From the NCBI GenBank assembly GCA_030704615.1, contig CM060731.1, positions 83,390,001 to 83,454,000 on the forward strand: a stretch of 64,000 nucleotides of DNA. The letters run 5' to 3'. The first letter of the stretch is position 1, and every line of letters begins with the position of its first letter. The translations under genes and the position numbers were made by a program. The stretch is from Takakia lepidozioides (lineage: Eukaryota > Plantae > Bryophyta). This document shows positions 1-13,100 of this stretch, piece after piece. The notes beneath the pieces are model-generated. The model saw only the letters and a list, made by a program, of their open reading frames with translations. It was not told where the DNA came from and did no database searches.

Positions 1-234
1 GTAGTGCAACGACAAAGGAAGGCTCGCTTCGATGTTAAGCGCAAAAAGAGAATATTTGATCCAGGAGATCTTGTACTATTATTCGACAGTTGAAACGAGG
101 AGTTCAAGGCCAAGTTCGAGTCATACTGGATGGAGGCCTATCTCGTCAAGACAGTCTTTGACAACGGCTCATTACATTTAGAGACACTGAGGGGAGTGGA
201 AGCACTACTACATGTGAGTTCCATTAACCAATGA
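1..234 (+). pseudogene. Ty3/Gypsy integrase C-terminal remnant
   Basis: Frame 1 reads VVQRQRKARFDVKRKKRIFDPGDLVLLFDS*NEEFKAKFESYWMEAYLVKTVFDNGSLHL, matching the Gypsy integrase tail pattern F..GD.VLL..KL...W.GPY; one in-frame stop. Confidence 0.7.
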
Positions 235-1025
235 ACTATTTCCCCCATTAAGGGAGAGATCTTTAGGATTTCGTCCCGGTTTGTCGGAAGGAAATGTTGG
301 TATTTCCTATCCATTGACTCATTGGTTATTGGAGCTCCACAACGAGGTGGAGTGCGGGGCAACTAAGTTGCAATAATCCAATGAAACTTCTCCAATGGGA
401 ATAAGTCAGTAGGGCTCTTACCCACGTTATTGAACACCAAGGATAGATCTTGGGATGCGGGGCAACGCAGTTGCATTAAACAGGTGATTTGTTCTCCAGT
501 GTGAATTTTCGGGTAGTTATTGGAATCCACAAGGATAGACCTTGGGATGCAGGGCACATAGAGTGCAATAATCTAACCCACGTTGTAGAATTAGAATGTG
601 TTTGATATGGCATAAGCTATGAAAGCTATGACCATCCAATTGCCAAGTAGAAGACTTCATACGTCGTCGTTACTAATCATGTGTTGTGAGTTTCTTTTCT
701 TCTTCACCAAGTGAAGAACCACAGGTGCAAGAATGGGAACAATGGGTTGGCTAATATATGCACTCTTGTTCAATGCACACTGTCGATCATCATTTGTTTC
801 TTTTATCACATACTATATTTGTGTCTGCTCAAGCATATCTCTAGAAAAAATAAATGTTTGTTGTATCAAGCATTCTGCAGTATACTGATGCACCCTGCAT
901 GGAGCACAACGACTTCCCGCACGGGGATTCTAACCTTAAGTCTTTTGTTATTTTCACCTTACCCCGCTGCAACATTTCTCGTAGAGAGAGAAAAGTCAGA
1001 AGCAGTGAGGGGGTAAAAGGCGAGT

Positions 1026-3102
1026 TGTAGAGCAGTGGTTGCTGCTCCCCTCACAAGAGTGAAGGGCGTCAGGCACAGGAAAACCCAGAAGGGCCTCTGA
1101 CCTATTTTCAGTAGATAGAAGGATACGCTGTTCCAGAGTATGGTCCTCTGAGGTTTAAAAAAGATCCAATCATTTTCAAGTCAAGAATTTCATCATGAGC
1201 TCTGCGAAATCCATGAGAGGTCCCTGCGAGTCATGAACATAGTTAGATTGTAGTTAGAAATGGTACGTCTATTTCATGGGTAGGGTCCTCGGGTATCCAA
1301 TCTTTTCTGTTGACACGGGAGTCACTGGCTAGTACTCCCAGAAGCATCATGTTTAGGAGCTTTTAGACCCTTCCGGATTCGAGTCGAGGTCGTAGTCCAC
1401 ATTGAGCGATTTACCATGAGCTGTGCAAAACCAGGAGAGGTCCCTGCAAGCCATGTCAAGTAGTGTAGAACCAAAGTCCTTCCAAGGCTATTTTAGAGTA
1501 GAATCATCAATTTGCACCGCGCATATATCTCTTACATCATCTAGGGAATTCGAACCCAATCCGGTGGGGGAGAATGGCGGTTTTGAAGTATTTTTTATCT
1601 GGGAACTCCAACTCTCTCCGAAGAGGGCGAGTTGGGGGGTTTTGAAATATTTTTTGGATTTTGCTTTTTATTTTTCCTCCTCTCTCCCGGAAGACTTGAA
1701 CTCTTTCCGAGGAGGAAGAGCCTAAGGGGAATTATTCTCTCATCTTTTTCAAGGGAGTCGTTGACTCCAAGGGATATCACGGATACCCTAGTAGGAGGAT
1801 TTTACGAACCAGAGATCCTGGATTCTCTTACACTCGGGACGAGTGTTCATCATTGGTCGCCATATATGTAGATGCATATATTGGTACACTTTTCTTTTCA
1901 TATCGTATTTTATCATAAGACAAGCGGTTTCGACATTGTACTGCAAAAAATAGGGTGGTTTGTTAGTTATCTGGAAATCGTTGGTAAAGCACGTAGGAAA
2001 TTAACAGTGTTTGCGACGACCATGGAGAAGAGCTCTGGCGTCAAAATGACCGTAGGAAGCTGCATCGACAGCAAGTTAGGCTGCCAATTCGGTACCAGCA
2101 ACGACAAGATAATCATGTTCGAACAATATAGGACGACTGTTACAGTCCAAGATTGCGAACTCTCTTTTCTCCCGCCTTTCTAGTCCAGTAGGAGCACACG
2201 GCGAGGAGTTTGGCAATTGGAAGAATCGACATGTACAGCGATGAAATATCGCAACAAAGCTAATGGTTGCATCGGAACGACAACGGGTCAAGACGACTTC
2301 AAAGGACGAAACGCGGACTTGTTAGCGGTGCGGGACAATTAGAGGAGACTCTGGACAACCTATGAGTCAGTGGCAGGGTCAAAGACCCCAGAGCCACCAC
2401 CAGGGATTTGATTTCCAAAAGACAACAAAAGCTTTATATAGCAAAAACGAAGAAAGGCGAAAAGCGTGACGTTTTACCATCGATGGACCTGAGAATTTAC
2501 AGGCTGATACAAGGTATATAATTGTAGTTTTTCACCAAGTTTGGTGATTTATGGAGCAGCTTAGCAACGGCACCAAATTATTGAGTCAGTGGCACTCACA
2601 GTAGCCGATTATTTGAGTTTTTACTTCATGGATGGATGAAAACTTGAGGAGCTGGATGGATGAAATGACAACTCGCGCCAACTGGTCATCCATCTGGATG
2701 GATGAAAATCCAGCTTTCATTGGCCTCCAAGACTTTTCATCCATATTGAATATTATACTATAAATCTTCCAAGGATACAATAGTTTAATGAATAGTTTTC
2801 ATTAGTTTATTAGGCTCAAAAAAAGTATAAAAGAGGAGCAAGGCTTCCCTTGCTCTTCACCTAGTTCCATTGCATAGTTTTCCTCTTGCTTCATGTGTAG
2901 TTGCTTTATTAGAATTGCTTGAGGATGCCTAGGTCCTAGGGAGTGGAGCTTGAAGCTCCCTAGTATAGGAAATTTGTAGAGGACTAAGGCAAGAAGCCTA
3001 GTTCATTGTGGCCTTGAGGCCTTGTTGAATTTGAGCAAGAAGGTTGTGCAATTCCATGTTGGGAGAGAGACCTAGAGACGAGTAGGAAAGGCCGGTTATT
3101 CA
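1026..3102 (+). mobile_element. Putative 3' LTR of the Gypsy element whose integrase ends at 234
   Basis: Purine tract GTGAGGGGGTAAAAGG precedes a TG start at 1026. TATAAAAG at ~2827. Ends in ...TTCA where MULE-D homology begins. No second copy in the window to confirm. Confidence 0.3.
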
Positions 3103-3589
3103 AAACCAGGGGTGTCTTTAGGCTCTGCAGCGGCAGCCTTCTTCTTCGCTTCCCCTTGAGCTCCTCCAAAGACTTGGTGTGTGCCACCTTCGTCGCCGTG
3201 GCAGCCAGAGCGTTTAGGAAGCTCTCGTTGACACATTGGATGAGTATTTGGGGTTCTAACTTTGGCCTGTCGGGAAACGTCACCGCCGAATAACGTCGTG
3301 TAGGCTCGCCCTCAAATGCCAACTTCTTGGCAGAGCCAGTCCCACTCCGAACTGGCTTGGGAACCCGGACTATCGGTGACTTGGTAGCAGCAGCAGCAAG
3401 GGTAGGGCCTTGCACAAAGTCGTCGTCCGAGTCACTCCCTTCGGGCCCCTCCTACGCCTCCTCTCGTGCCCCGCTGGTTTTCTGTTTCTATGGGGTTGCT
3501 GCAGTCCCCTGTTTCCATGTCCTTTTTTTTGCCCCTTTTTTCTTCTCATTCAACTTCTCCTGAATGCCTGGCTGAGCAAGCTCTATCGC
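3103..3589 (-). pseudogene. MULE-D fragment: middle exon of the ParB-MTase gene
   Basis: ORF 2984..3415 peptide SPIVRVPKPVRSGTGSAKKLAFEGEPTRRYSAVTF..RPKLEP..IQCVNESFL is nearly identical to element B ORF 52084..52545. Confidence 0.85.
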
Positions 3590-4283
3590 TGTAGTGTGAA
3601 AAGAAGGGGCGTGAATCCCCTTCTGGGTGATTCTAATCTGTACTCCTCCTCAGTTGAAGGCAAAGCAAAAGGAAGGAACGTTCTAGTGATCCAACCATCT
3701 TCACATGGCTGTGGATTTCCCTTAGTTCGTTCGTGATCAGAGTTCATGCAATCCTCATCCACGCCGCAGCGGAAAAGAAGACATGGATGGGGAGTTTTGA
3801 ATTGTTCTTGGTCTTGGTTCTATTTTTATACAACATCCTTGCCCTATGATCACAACGCCAACAGTGCTGCCATGATCTTTTCTGTGATGCAACCAGCCCT
3901 ATGACAGCGCTGAACACGACCCTTAATGTGAAGCTCCCTTGAGCAGTGACACGTCGGAAGCCCCCTTTTGTAATGGTGACACAGATTTAGAGGGAGGCAG
4001 CTCAGATCTGCCATGAACTGCAGGGCCACTGGTCTCTTTCAGGGTTCATGTTTTCTTCATCTTATTTCCCCAAATTGGCCATCCCCCATCAACCCCTTTT
4101 ACTGAGCAGCTCTCTCCCTTCCCAAATCCTTTTCTCTCTCTCTCTAATCTTGGTCTACAGGTTCCTCACTTCTTCAACAGCAGCATATCTACCATGCAAT
4201 GCAATGCACAACTCAGCCAGGCATCCAGTGCACCCAGCCTTGAAATCATCCGCGGTCACACAAGGCATAACCATCCCATTCAT

Positions 4284-4321
<38 letters not shown>

Positions 4322-5399
4322 AATGACCAGCCCTTCACACTACCTTTTTCCAAAAGAAGCCATTGCCCAAACAGCTCTCAACCTTTCTATAGGTTTCAAC
4401 CAAATACCCCAACAGCCCTCTTTTCCCTTCAACTATGAACCTCAGTTGTTCATACCCTGAGACCATGCTGGGAACTAGTTCCAAAAGAAAAACAAATCAG
4501 TGCCGGTGTTGCCTCCCCTTCCACATTATCCTTTCTCTGTTTTCAACAGTTCTAACTAACCCTCACTGGTGTTTTCAATCAGCCAAGCTAGGCCTACATT
4601 GGTTCCAGTGTATCAATACCCAGGGCAACATTGTGTGCAGGTTCATAACACTGAAACAAAGAACAAGAATGAAGATAAACAGTGACCATTCTGATTCAGT
4701 GACAAGCAGTCTCTCCACCACTCATTTCTCCTACTGACACTATAACATCAGGTGCATCCATCCTTTCCCTATCCTGGTTTGAAGTTTCAGAGTCTCCATT
4801 CCATTTCCAAAACCTTTTCCTCCATCACATATCTCTACCTCCTTCTCCTCTACATAGAGCCAGTCCTAAATCCACACCAAAACGATTTCTAAGTCACCAC
4901 TCCCCCAAAAACCAAAGCCCACAGTCTACGAACTTATCTGTTTTATCCTCCAGCGAAGCGGTGGATCTGCCTGCCAAGATGGCACCTCACCATCGCCTGT
5001 CAGCAGCCACTTCAACCTATTCTCCTTGTCTTGATTCCAGTATTTATCATGCCATGATGGCTCCTCTTCATCCTATGGAACATCCTGTGGCTTGCCAACT
5101 AAATACTCTATCCTTCTATGTGTGCAATTCTTCCCTAAGAATTGATATGGTCCTATAGTAAGATGACACAAAAGCAGCTATAAGCTTTGATTACAGATAA
5201 CCTGAGTTGCCATCCAGCCAGCACTTCACATGCCTCATCCCCTCCATTGATTGTGCCCACAACTCACTTCCTTGTGCTTCCGGCAGCTGGCCGTTTTCCT
5301 TGCTTGCTCATCTGCCCATAACTGTTTTCTTCAAGGCAATGGCGACAGCGGTGGTGCGCCGCTCTTCTTACATGCTCCTACTCCAGGAATTGATCATCA
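3590..5399 (-). mobile_element. Gypsy-X 3' LTR, distal part (interrupted by Gypsy-1)
   Basis: Near-identical reverse complement of ~32644-34468. Ends in TTCACACTACA, the inverse of the LTR start TGTAGTGTGAA. Confidence 0.9.
4287..4318. repeat. (TC)n microsatellite within Gypsy-X LTR
   Basis: Direct read; the homologous (GA)n at 33725-33790 is about twice as long. Confidence 0.95.
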
Positions 5400-6059
5400 T
5401 GTTAGAGGACTGTCTGGGACTTAGACACTTATACGGGATCTGTAGGGTACCCTTAATTTTTGCACAGACTGAGACCAACAGGAGCCTTAGGGGTGACAGC
5501 AGCGCACTGTAGAGGGGGGTTACATAGCCCGTCACAGCCAACACAGCCCGTCACAGCCCGACACAGCCATCACAACCAACACAGCCCGTCACAGCCGACA
5601 CAGCCACACAGCCAGTCACAGCCCGACACAGCCAAACACAGTTGCACAGCCAATCACAGCCCGTCACAGTTTCACACAGCCAGTCACAGCTTGACACAGC
5701 TGTCACGATCATAGGGAACGGAGAGTAGGACAGGGAACGACTATGGGGAACAACACCTGCAAATGGAACATGTTAGTTCACGGACGACGGTTAGTGAGGG
5801 AAACGGTTAGAGCCACGGGTAGGAAGATAAAGGGAGAAGCAAGGACTGAGTAGGGGGCTTTTTGGGGGGATTATTCTTGGAGGCACTGGTGGGGGAGGAC
5901 TTCTTGGTCATGCAGGAGAGGGGATCGGGCAGAGATGAAGAACGGAAGCGAAGATGGAGAGATGATGAGTAGATGCTTGTTATATGCAAAGCTGTAGTGA
6001 TATTGTAGAGCACATTAGAGACACAATGGATTCGGCCTGAAACCTGATAAATCATAATC
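5400..6059 (+). repeat. Gypsy-1 5' LTR (3'-truncated, PBS lost)
   Basis: Aligns with 16788-~17517, and homology stops after ATAAATCATAATC. Contains ACAGCC-type tandem repeats at ~5520-5700. Confidence 0.85.
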
Positions 6060-6078
6060 GGGACATGAGACATGGGAC

Positions 6079-9000
6079 ATGAGTGATGAAAGAGAAGCTA
6101 GACGCCAGAAATATTCAGTAAAAAGAGAAAGCTATCTGAAAGCTAATTATCCATATCTTTGGGAGAGAGGAATAGACATAGGGGAATCATCTGGACCTCT
6201 CACACCATTAAGATCAAAGAGTACATCACCCATACTGGAAGAACTAGAGTTGGATGCCACTCCTTCTGTTTCTTTGCAAGAAAGATTAAGGGAATTGGTA
6301 CAGGAAGAAGATCAATCACGAGGTGAAAGATCTGAGGTACATCCCTGGATAAAAGATTTGACATAAATCTTTGATAAGAGTTGGCATGGAACACCAAAAG
6401 CATTAACTCCAGTTTCTGAAGCGGAAGGTGAAGAAGGAGAAGAGGATGTGGCAGAGCCAACGGAGAGTTCAGACTCTCCAACACCATTACAGTTGAGTTA
6501 CATGAGTGAAGAAGAAACCCAAGGGCAGAACTTGGAGGATGAAAACAGAGAGAAGAAATTGGAAGAGGAAGAATATGAAGAAGTAGACCCAACAGCTGAG
6601 GTTGAGACTACAACCAGGACATCCCAACCCGTTGGACCTGGATCAAGTGGAGCACTTGGATCACAGGCCAACGAAGGTGTCGGCTCAGGGGGATCAGGCG
6701 GGCTACCTGGATCTGGCTCTGGGGGGACAGGGAGTGTGGGAAGTAGTGCAACTGAACCTGGGAATACTGTGAATATCGTGGGGCCGGAAGCAGGGAGTGC
6801 TCAAGGGCCACCACTTGGTGGAAGATCCACCACAAAAACAACAGGTCCAGAAGGACCAGCACCAGCAAGGGTGCCAGCACCTGTCAGTGGGCAGAAGGTA
6901 GGGCCACAGATGGCGTTACAACCAACACGGGCAAAACCACCCTTTCCAATATATTCAGGAAAAGGGGATCCCGATGTACACATTAGCCAATTTGAGCACA
7001 TGTGTATAGTGAACAATGAGAATGGCGATGATGCCAAGATGACATTGTTTCCTTGTTCACTTATCAAGAAAGCAAGTGAATGGTATGCAAGATTCCCTGA
7101 TAATCATTTCCTAACCTGGAATGGCTTGAATACAACATTTCGAAATAGGTTCAGGACAAGTAAAACTGAAGATGAAGTGTATGGAAGTTTACAACAGTTA
7201 AAGCAAAAGAAGCATGAAACTGTTGAGGAGTATATGGAAAAGATGGAATTGATGATGAAAAAGCTGGTTGCAGTACCAGCACCCGGTTTACAGAAGACTT
7301 GGTTTGTGAGTGGACTAAGGCCAGAGTTGCAAAAGAAAGTGGATATGTTACCCCATAATACAGTGGAGGAGGCATTTGAAACTGCAAACAGAATTGAGCA
7401 ATTGGGAATGCTCAGGAGAGAGAAAAGGGATGATGAGGACTCTGAGGATGAGTCAGATGAAGAAGAAGAGCAAGAACTAAAAATGAAGAGTAAGAGAAAG
7501 GAGAAGTTGAAGAGGGATAACTATGAAAAAAGATTGGAAGAAATCTTGAAGAAGTATGCCACAGAGGCTGCAACACATTGGAGGAAGGGTGTATGGTGTG
7601 CAAAGTGCCAGAATGAAGGCCATACCACCACAAAATGCCACATGAAGGAGAAACACTGTACTATCTGTAAAATGGATAACCATTCTACTGAGAATTGTTA
7701 CTACAACAGAAGGACAGCTGCAAGAGAACCTAGGCAAGTAAGGGTGCATCAGGTGCAGCCCCAGCCAAGAAGAAACAATGATTAGGACCACTATGGTAGG
7801 TCTGGTGGTTATAACAATGGCATGGAAGGGAGAGGTAATTCAAGAGGAAATTACCAAGGAAATTCCAGAGGCAATTATCAGGGTAATCCAAGGGGGAATT
7901 ACCAGCCCGGGAATCAGGATTATAGAAATAATCCAAGAACAGACCAAGGGCGAGGACCCAATGGTGAAGAACTATGTTACTATTGTAATCAGCCAGGACA
8001 TCGCAGGGCAGCCTGTTCATTCTGGATAAGACACTAGAATGAGATGAGAGCTCCTGTGAATGAGGGCCCAGTGGTGGCAGCTCACATGGTTAGGCCATGT
8101 GTTGCACCAGAAGTAAGTACAATGATAGTAACAAGAAGCAAAGCCAAACTAATACCTCCAGTAGTAGAGGAAGAAGATGATAATGAAGGTGGCAGTGATA
8201 TGCCTGAAGATGATGAGGCTTGGAGAGATGAGAAGGAACTTCACAAGGAAGTGGCAGATACCATAAGGGAAATGCAGAAGAGTACTGATATTCCTGTGGC
8301 AGATTCCTCTGATTCTGATGGAGAGGAAGAAGGGAGTGAGGATGAAAGAAAGAAAGAAGATGCAGATATGCAAAGTAATGAAGAGACTTTGGCTGAAGTT
8401 TTATGCCAGACCAAAGCAGAAATTACCATTGGACAGCTATTAGCTGTGGCACCTTATTGTAGGCACAGGCTGTATCAAGCAATCAATCGAATTGCCCAGG
8501 AGACAAGAAACACAGACCTGAACAGCAAGGTGACCAGTTATAATGTGAAGCCGGAAGGGCGAGAAACAGTCATGGACTTTGATGATTCTATGCCAGTAAT
8601 CCAATTGAGAATTGGAAGCACAAAACTAACTGATGTACTGATAGATGGAGGTTCTGGAGTGAATATCATGACAGATCAATTAAGGAAGAAGCTTGGTCTA
8701 AGTAACATGAAACCAGCCCCATTTACAGTAACAATGGCAGATCAAAGAAGTGTACAGCCATTGGGATTGATAAGAGGAGTTAAGATACAGATACAGAAGA
8801 TGATCTTTATGATCACAGTAACTGTGTTGAAGATGGATGAAGTCATGGAGGCTTACTCCTTATTATTGGGACGTCCGTGGCTGAAACAGGCCAGGGTATT
8901 CCATGACTGGAATTCTCAGTTACTAACCGTGCATAATGGGATACACGAGATACAAATTACCACAAAGAAATCTAGTAGATTACCTGCTACAAGAAAACCT

Positions 9001-9300
9001 CGAGGAGTCAGAGAGTATGACTGGAAATGAGGACTAGATGAGGAGCAAGAAGCTACCCTATTTGCTGCACACCCAGAGTGGGAGCAGGTTGCAGAGATGC
9101 GGCTGGAAAGCCTAAGTTGTTTAAGAGGTATCTGCTGTGGTGTAGTGACAGCAACACCAACTGAAGAGGAAACCAGCAGTTACCCATCACATTTCTATGA
9201 GGAAAGAGAAGGAGAAATGGAAATCCTAGAGGAACCAGCCACTGTGAGCTTACAGGATGAAGTGGTGACTGGTTGGACAATCACAGCTGATGAACAGTGA
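6079..9300 (+). pseudogene. gag: Gypsy-1 gag-protease
   Basis: One frame interrupted by stops at 6364, 7783, 8035 and 9028. Retrotrans_gag-like YSGKGDPDVHI..LFPCSL..ASEWY; CCHC knuckles CAKCQNEGHTTTKC, CTICKMDNHSTENC, CYYCNQPGHRRAAC; protease LIDGGSGVNIM..LLLGRPWL. Confidence 0.9.
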
Positions 9301-10109
9301 GGGAAGTGAATGTGGGAACTAAAGAGGAACCAAGGATGGTGAAAGTAGGAGCTGATTTGGAGCCGGAATTCTTTGAAGAAGCTAAAAGCTTGTTCATCAA
9401 ATACAGAGATGTATTTGCTTGGAGCTATGAGGATCTAAAAGGAATACCACCTGAAGTCTGTCAGCATAAGATTGAACTGGAACCAAGATCAGTACCAATC
9501 AAGCAGGCGAGGTACAGAATGAATCCCAACTACGCACAGAAGGTTGGAGAAGAGATCAAGAAGTTGGCTGAGGCTAAGTTTATATACCCAATAGAGTATA
9601 CAACTTGGTTGTCACCCATTGTTATAGTTCCCAAGAAGAATGGTAAACTAAGAGTATGTGTGAACTACAAGAAGCTAATGCTTGTACGAAGAAAGATCAT
9701 TTTCCTTTGTCCATTCACAGAAGCAGTATTGGACACTGTGGCAGGCCATGAGATGTACTCATTCATGGATGGCTTCAGTGGTTATAATCAAGTGCAAGTG
9801 GCAGAAGAAGACCAAGGAAAAACAGCTTTCATCACAGACTGGGATGCTTATGCATACAAAGTCATGCCCTTTGGACTTTGTAATGCACCAGCAACCTTTC
9901 AGAGAGTAATAAGTGAATCTTTTCATGAGTATCTGGATGATTTCATGCAGGTGTTCTTGGATGATTTCAGTGTGTACAGCTCTAAGAATGAGCACTTGCA
10001 TAAATTGGAGTTATGTCTGGCCAGATGCAGGATGAGAGGTCTGGGCCTGAATCCAGAGAAGTGTATTTTCTCTGTGAACTCAGGGGTGCTTCTGGGACAC
10101 ATTGTGTGA
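9297..10109 (+). pseudogene. pol: Gypsy-1 reverse transcriptase
   Basis: SPIVIVPKKNGKLRVCV, MDGFSGYNQV, MPFGLCNAPATFQR and FLDDF motifs; local frameshift pair near 9680-9710 and a stop at 10107. Confidence 0.92.
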
Positions 10110-10124
10110 AAGAGGGGACTTCTT

Positions 10125-13100
10125 GTGGATCCCATGAAGACAGAGGCCATTAAAGCCTCTCCACCACCAGTGAATGTTAAGAGTCTAAGGAGATTCCTTG
10201 GGCAAACCAGTTATTACAGAAGATTTGTCAAAAGGTATGCACAAATAGCAGCACCATTGAGCAAGCTACTGAAGAAAGATGCAGTGTTTGCCTGGACAGC
10301 TGAATGTCAACAGGCGTTTGAGGAACTTACACTGTCAGTAACAACTACACCTGTGCTGATTAACCCTCACTGGCATGTAGTATTTCATGTTCACTGCGAT
10401 GCATCAGGAGAAGCGTTGGGAGCGGTGTTAGCCCAGAATGTTACAGGAAATATAGATTCACCTGTGTACTATGCTAGCAGGTTGATGAACAGTGCTGAAA
10501 GGAACTATAGCACAACGGAAAGAGAAGCATTGGCAATGATCTATGCAGTGAAGAAATTCAGGCATTACCTGTTGGGCAAGAAGTTTATGTTCTATGTGGA
10601 TCACCAGGCTCTGATATACCTGGTAAACAAACCTCTGATAAGCGGAAGAATAGCAAGATGGTTGATAATCTTGCATGAGTTTGAGTTCGAGGTTGTTTAC
10701 AAGCCTGGGAGACTGCATCTTGTGGCGGATCACTTGTCACGGTTATCAACAGGAGAACCAGCCACAGGAATAGATGATCAATTACCAGATGCGAGTCTAT
10801 TTGCAGTGGAGGTGCAGGGAAGTGCAGATGACTGGTTAGATTGGCAGTGGCCAATCAGATACTACCTTGCTCATGGTCAGTGCCCACCTAGTTATGGTAA
10901 GGAGCAGAGGAAGAGAATCGCTATCAAAGCTTTACCTTATACTATGGTAGGAAGCAGAATGTATAAGCTAGGACCTGATGGAGTACTAAAACGATGCTTG
11001 TACCACCATGAAGTAAATAAAGTTTTGGAGGAAGTTCATAAAGGAGTGGCTGGAGGTCATTTTGGAGAAGAGACTACCAGTAGGAAGATACTACATGCAG
11101 GTTACTGGTGGCCTACTTTGTTCAAAGATGTACACGAGTATTGTCAGAGTTGTGATGAATGTCAGAGGCTAGGACCTTTGCAGAGATCTGGAAGGATGGC
11201 CTTGCATCCTACAATGCCTACGGAACCATTTCAGAAATGGGGACTAGACTTTGTTGGACCAATTAACCCACCAGCCAAGAATACACGGAACAGGTACATA
11301 ATTACAGCCACTGATTATACTACGAAGTGGGTGGAAGCTAAAGCTTTGAGGGACAACACAGCCAAGTCCACAGCAAGGTTCCTGTATGAGAACATACTTA
11401 CACGATTTGGCTGTCCCTTAGAATTTATCAGTGATCAGGGAAGTCACTTCATGAATGAGACCATTGAGTTGTTGACTAAAGAGTTCATGATTGTGCATAG
11501 AAAGAGTACAACATATTACCCACAGGGTAATGGGCAGGCAGAGGCTACCAACAAAATACTATGTACTATCTTGGCTAAGATAGTCAATGCAAACAGAACG
11601 GATTGGGATACAAAGCTGCTGACAGCTTTGTGGTCATACAGGACTTCATATAAAGTCACCACTAAGTATACACCATTCCAATTAGTTTATGGTATGGAAG
11701 CCTTACTTCCAGTGGAATTCCTGTTACCTACCATGAGAACGGAGTGGGGAAAAAGAATGGAATTGCAAGATTCCATTAAGGTCAGGAAACATGAATTATA
11801 CCATGTGGAAGAAGTACGTGCTGATGCAGCTGATAATATGACCAGAATTCAGATGAAGAGAAATGAACAGTTTGATGAAGGCAAGTTAAAGACTTTTAAG
11901 ACGGGGGATTTGGTTCTATGGTTGCAGAAGAAAAGAAAGATTAAAGCTTCTAAGCTTAAATCACCATGGAAAGGACCTTATGTCATACAAAAGATGTATG
12001 ATAACAACACCGCCATGTTACAAACCATTAACAAAGAAATGCTGGGAAGAGTCAATGCCAATAAGTTAAAGGGATACAGTGGTATCCATGACAAACCCTT
12101 GCAGCATGATTTGCATGTTGAAACGCAAGAGCAGTCACGGGCTGCACCAGTGTTACCAACGGAGTATGGAGCACTTGTCGCTAGGCCAAGCATATATGAC
12201 CAGGGCGGGCGGCCAAGGCGAAACACAGCCTATCACAGCCCATCAAAGCGAAACACAGCCTATCACAGCCCATCAAGGCGAAACACAGCCTATCACAGCC
12301 CATCAAGGCGAAACACAGCCTATCACAGCCCATCAAGGCGAAACACAGCCTATCACAGCCCAGCACGGCGCAACACAGCCTATCACAGCCCAGTACGGTG
12401 CAACACAGCCTATCACAACCTACCACCGCGTGTCACAGCCTATCACAGCTTACCACAGTGCATCACAGCCTATCACAACGTACCACAGTATGACACAGCC
12501 TGTCACAGCTCAACACAGCCTACTAGGGTTACACGATCCATAGAATCAGTGACAGGTGGACGCACAATAACTTCAGGAAAATGGCTGACGGAAGAAAAGA
12601 CGGAAACCAGTTTAAAAATAGACACGTGGAAGTCAGGGCGCGACACACAGCTGAGAAGGAAGTGCAAGAACATGTGTCATAAAGAAAGAGGACAAGAACG
12701 GCCGTCAAAATGGATGGAAGGCGGACCCATTAATGAATACGGAAAAAAGGGAACGGAACAAACGGCAAGTACAGAAAAGCGAAATTCTTGTCACATGTGT
12801 GATCCTAGTGGACTATCCAGCAGGGAAAGTCCACTAAAGAAAATAAAATCTAAAATCCAGTCACAGCGGTTACAGCCAATAGAAAGCCAGAGAAAGGATC
12901 AAGAAATTGGAGGGAAATTAAGCGCAAGAGGCGGCGTCGTTCTGAGTAACGGGCGTCTCGACGGGACAAACCATCAATGCTATAGCTTTGAAACTATGGA
13001 GGAACTAACAGACTATACGCTTGCAATATTACTTACGCAGTGGCATAGACACGAAAGAACAGAGCGGAGCTTTTCTCTTGAACGATGCTTGCAAGCTCCA

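Noticed and set aside
4048-5512. ORFs repeated three times in the window (e.g. MDLPAKMAPHH, MNLSCSYPET)
   Set aside because: They lie within copies of the Gypsy-X LTR; identity reflects LTR duplication, not coding constraint.
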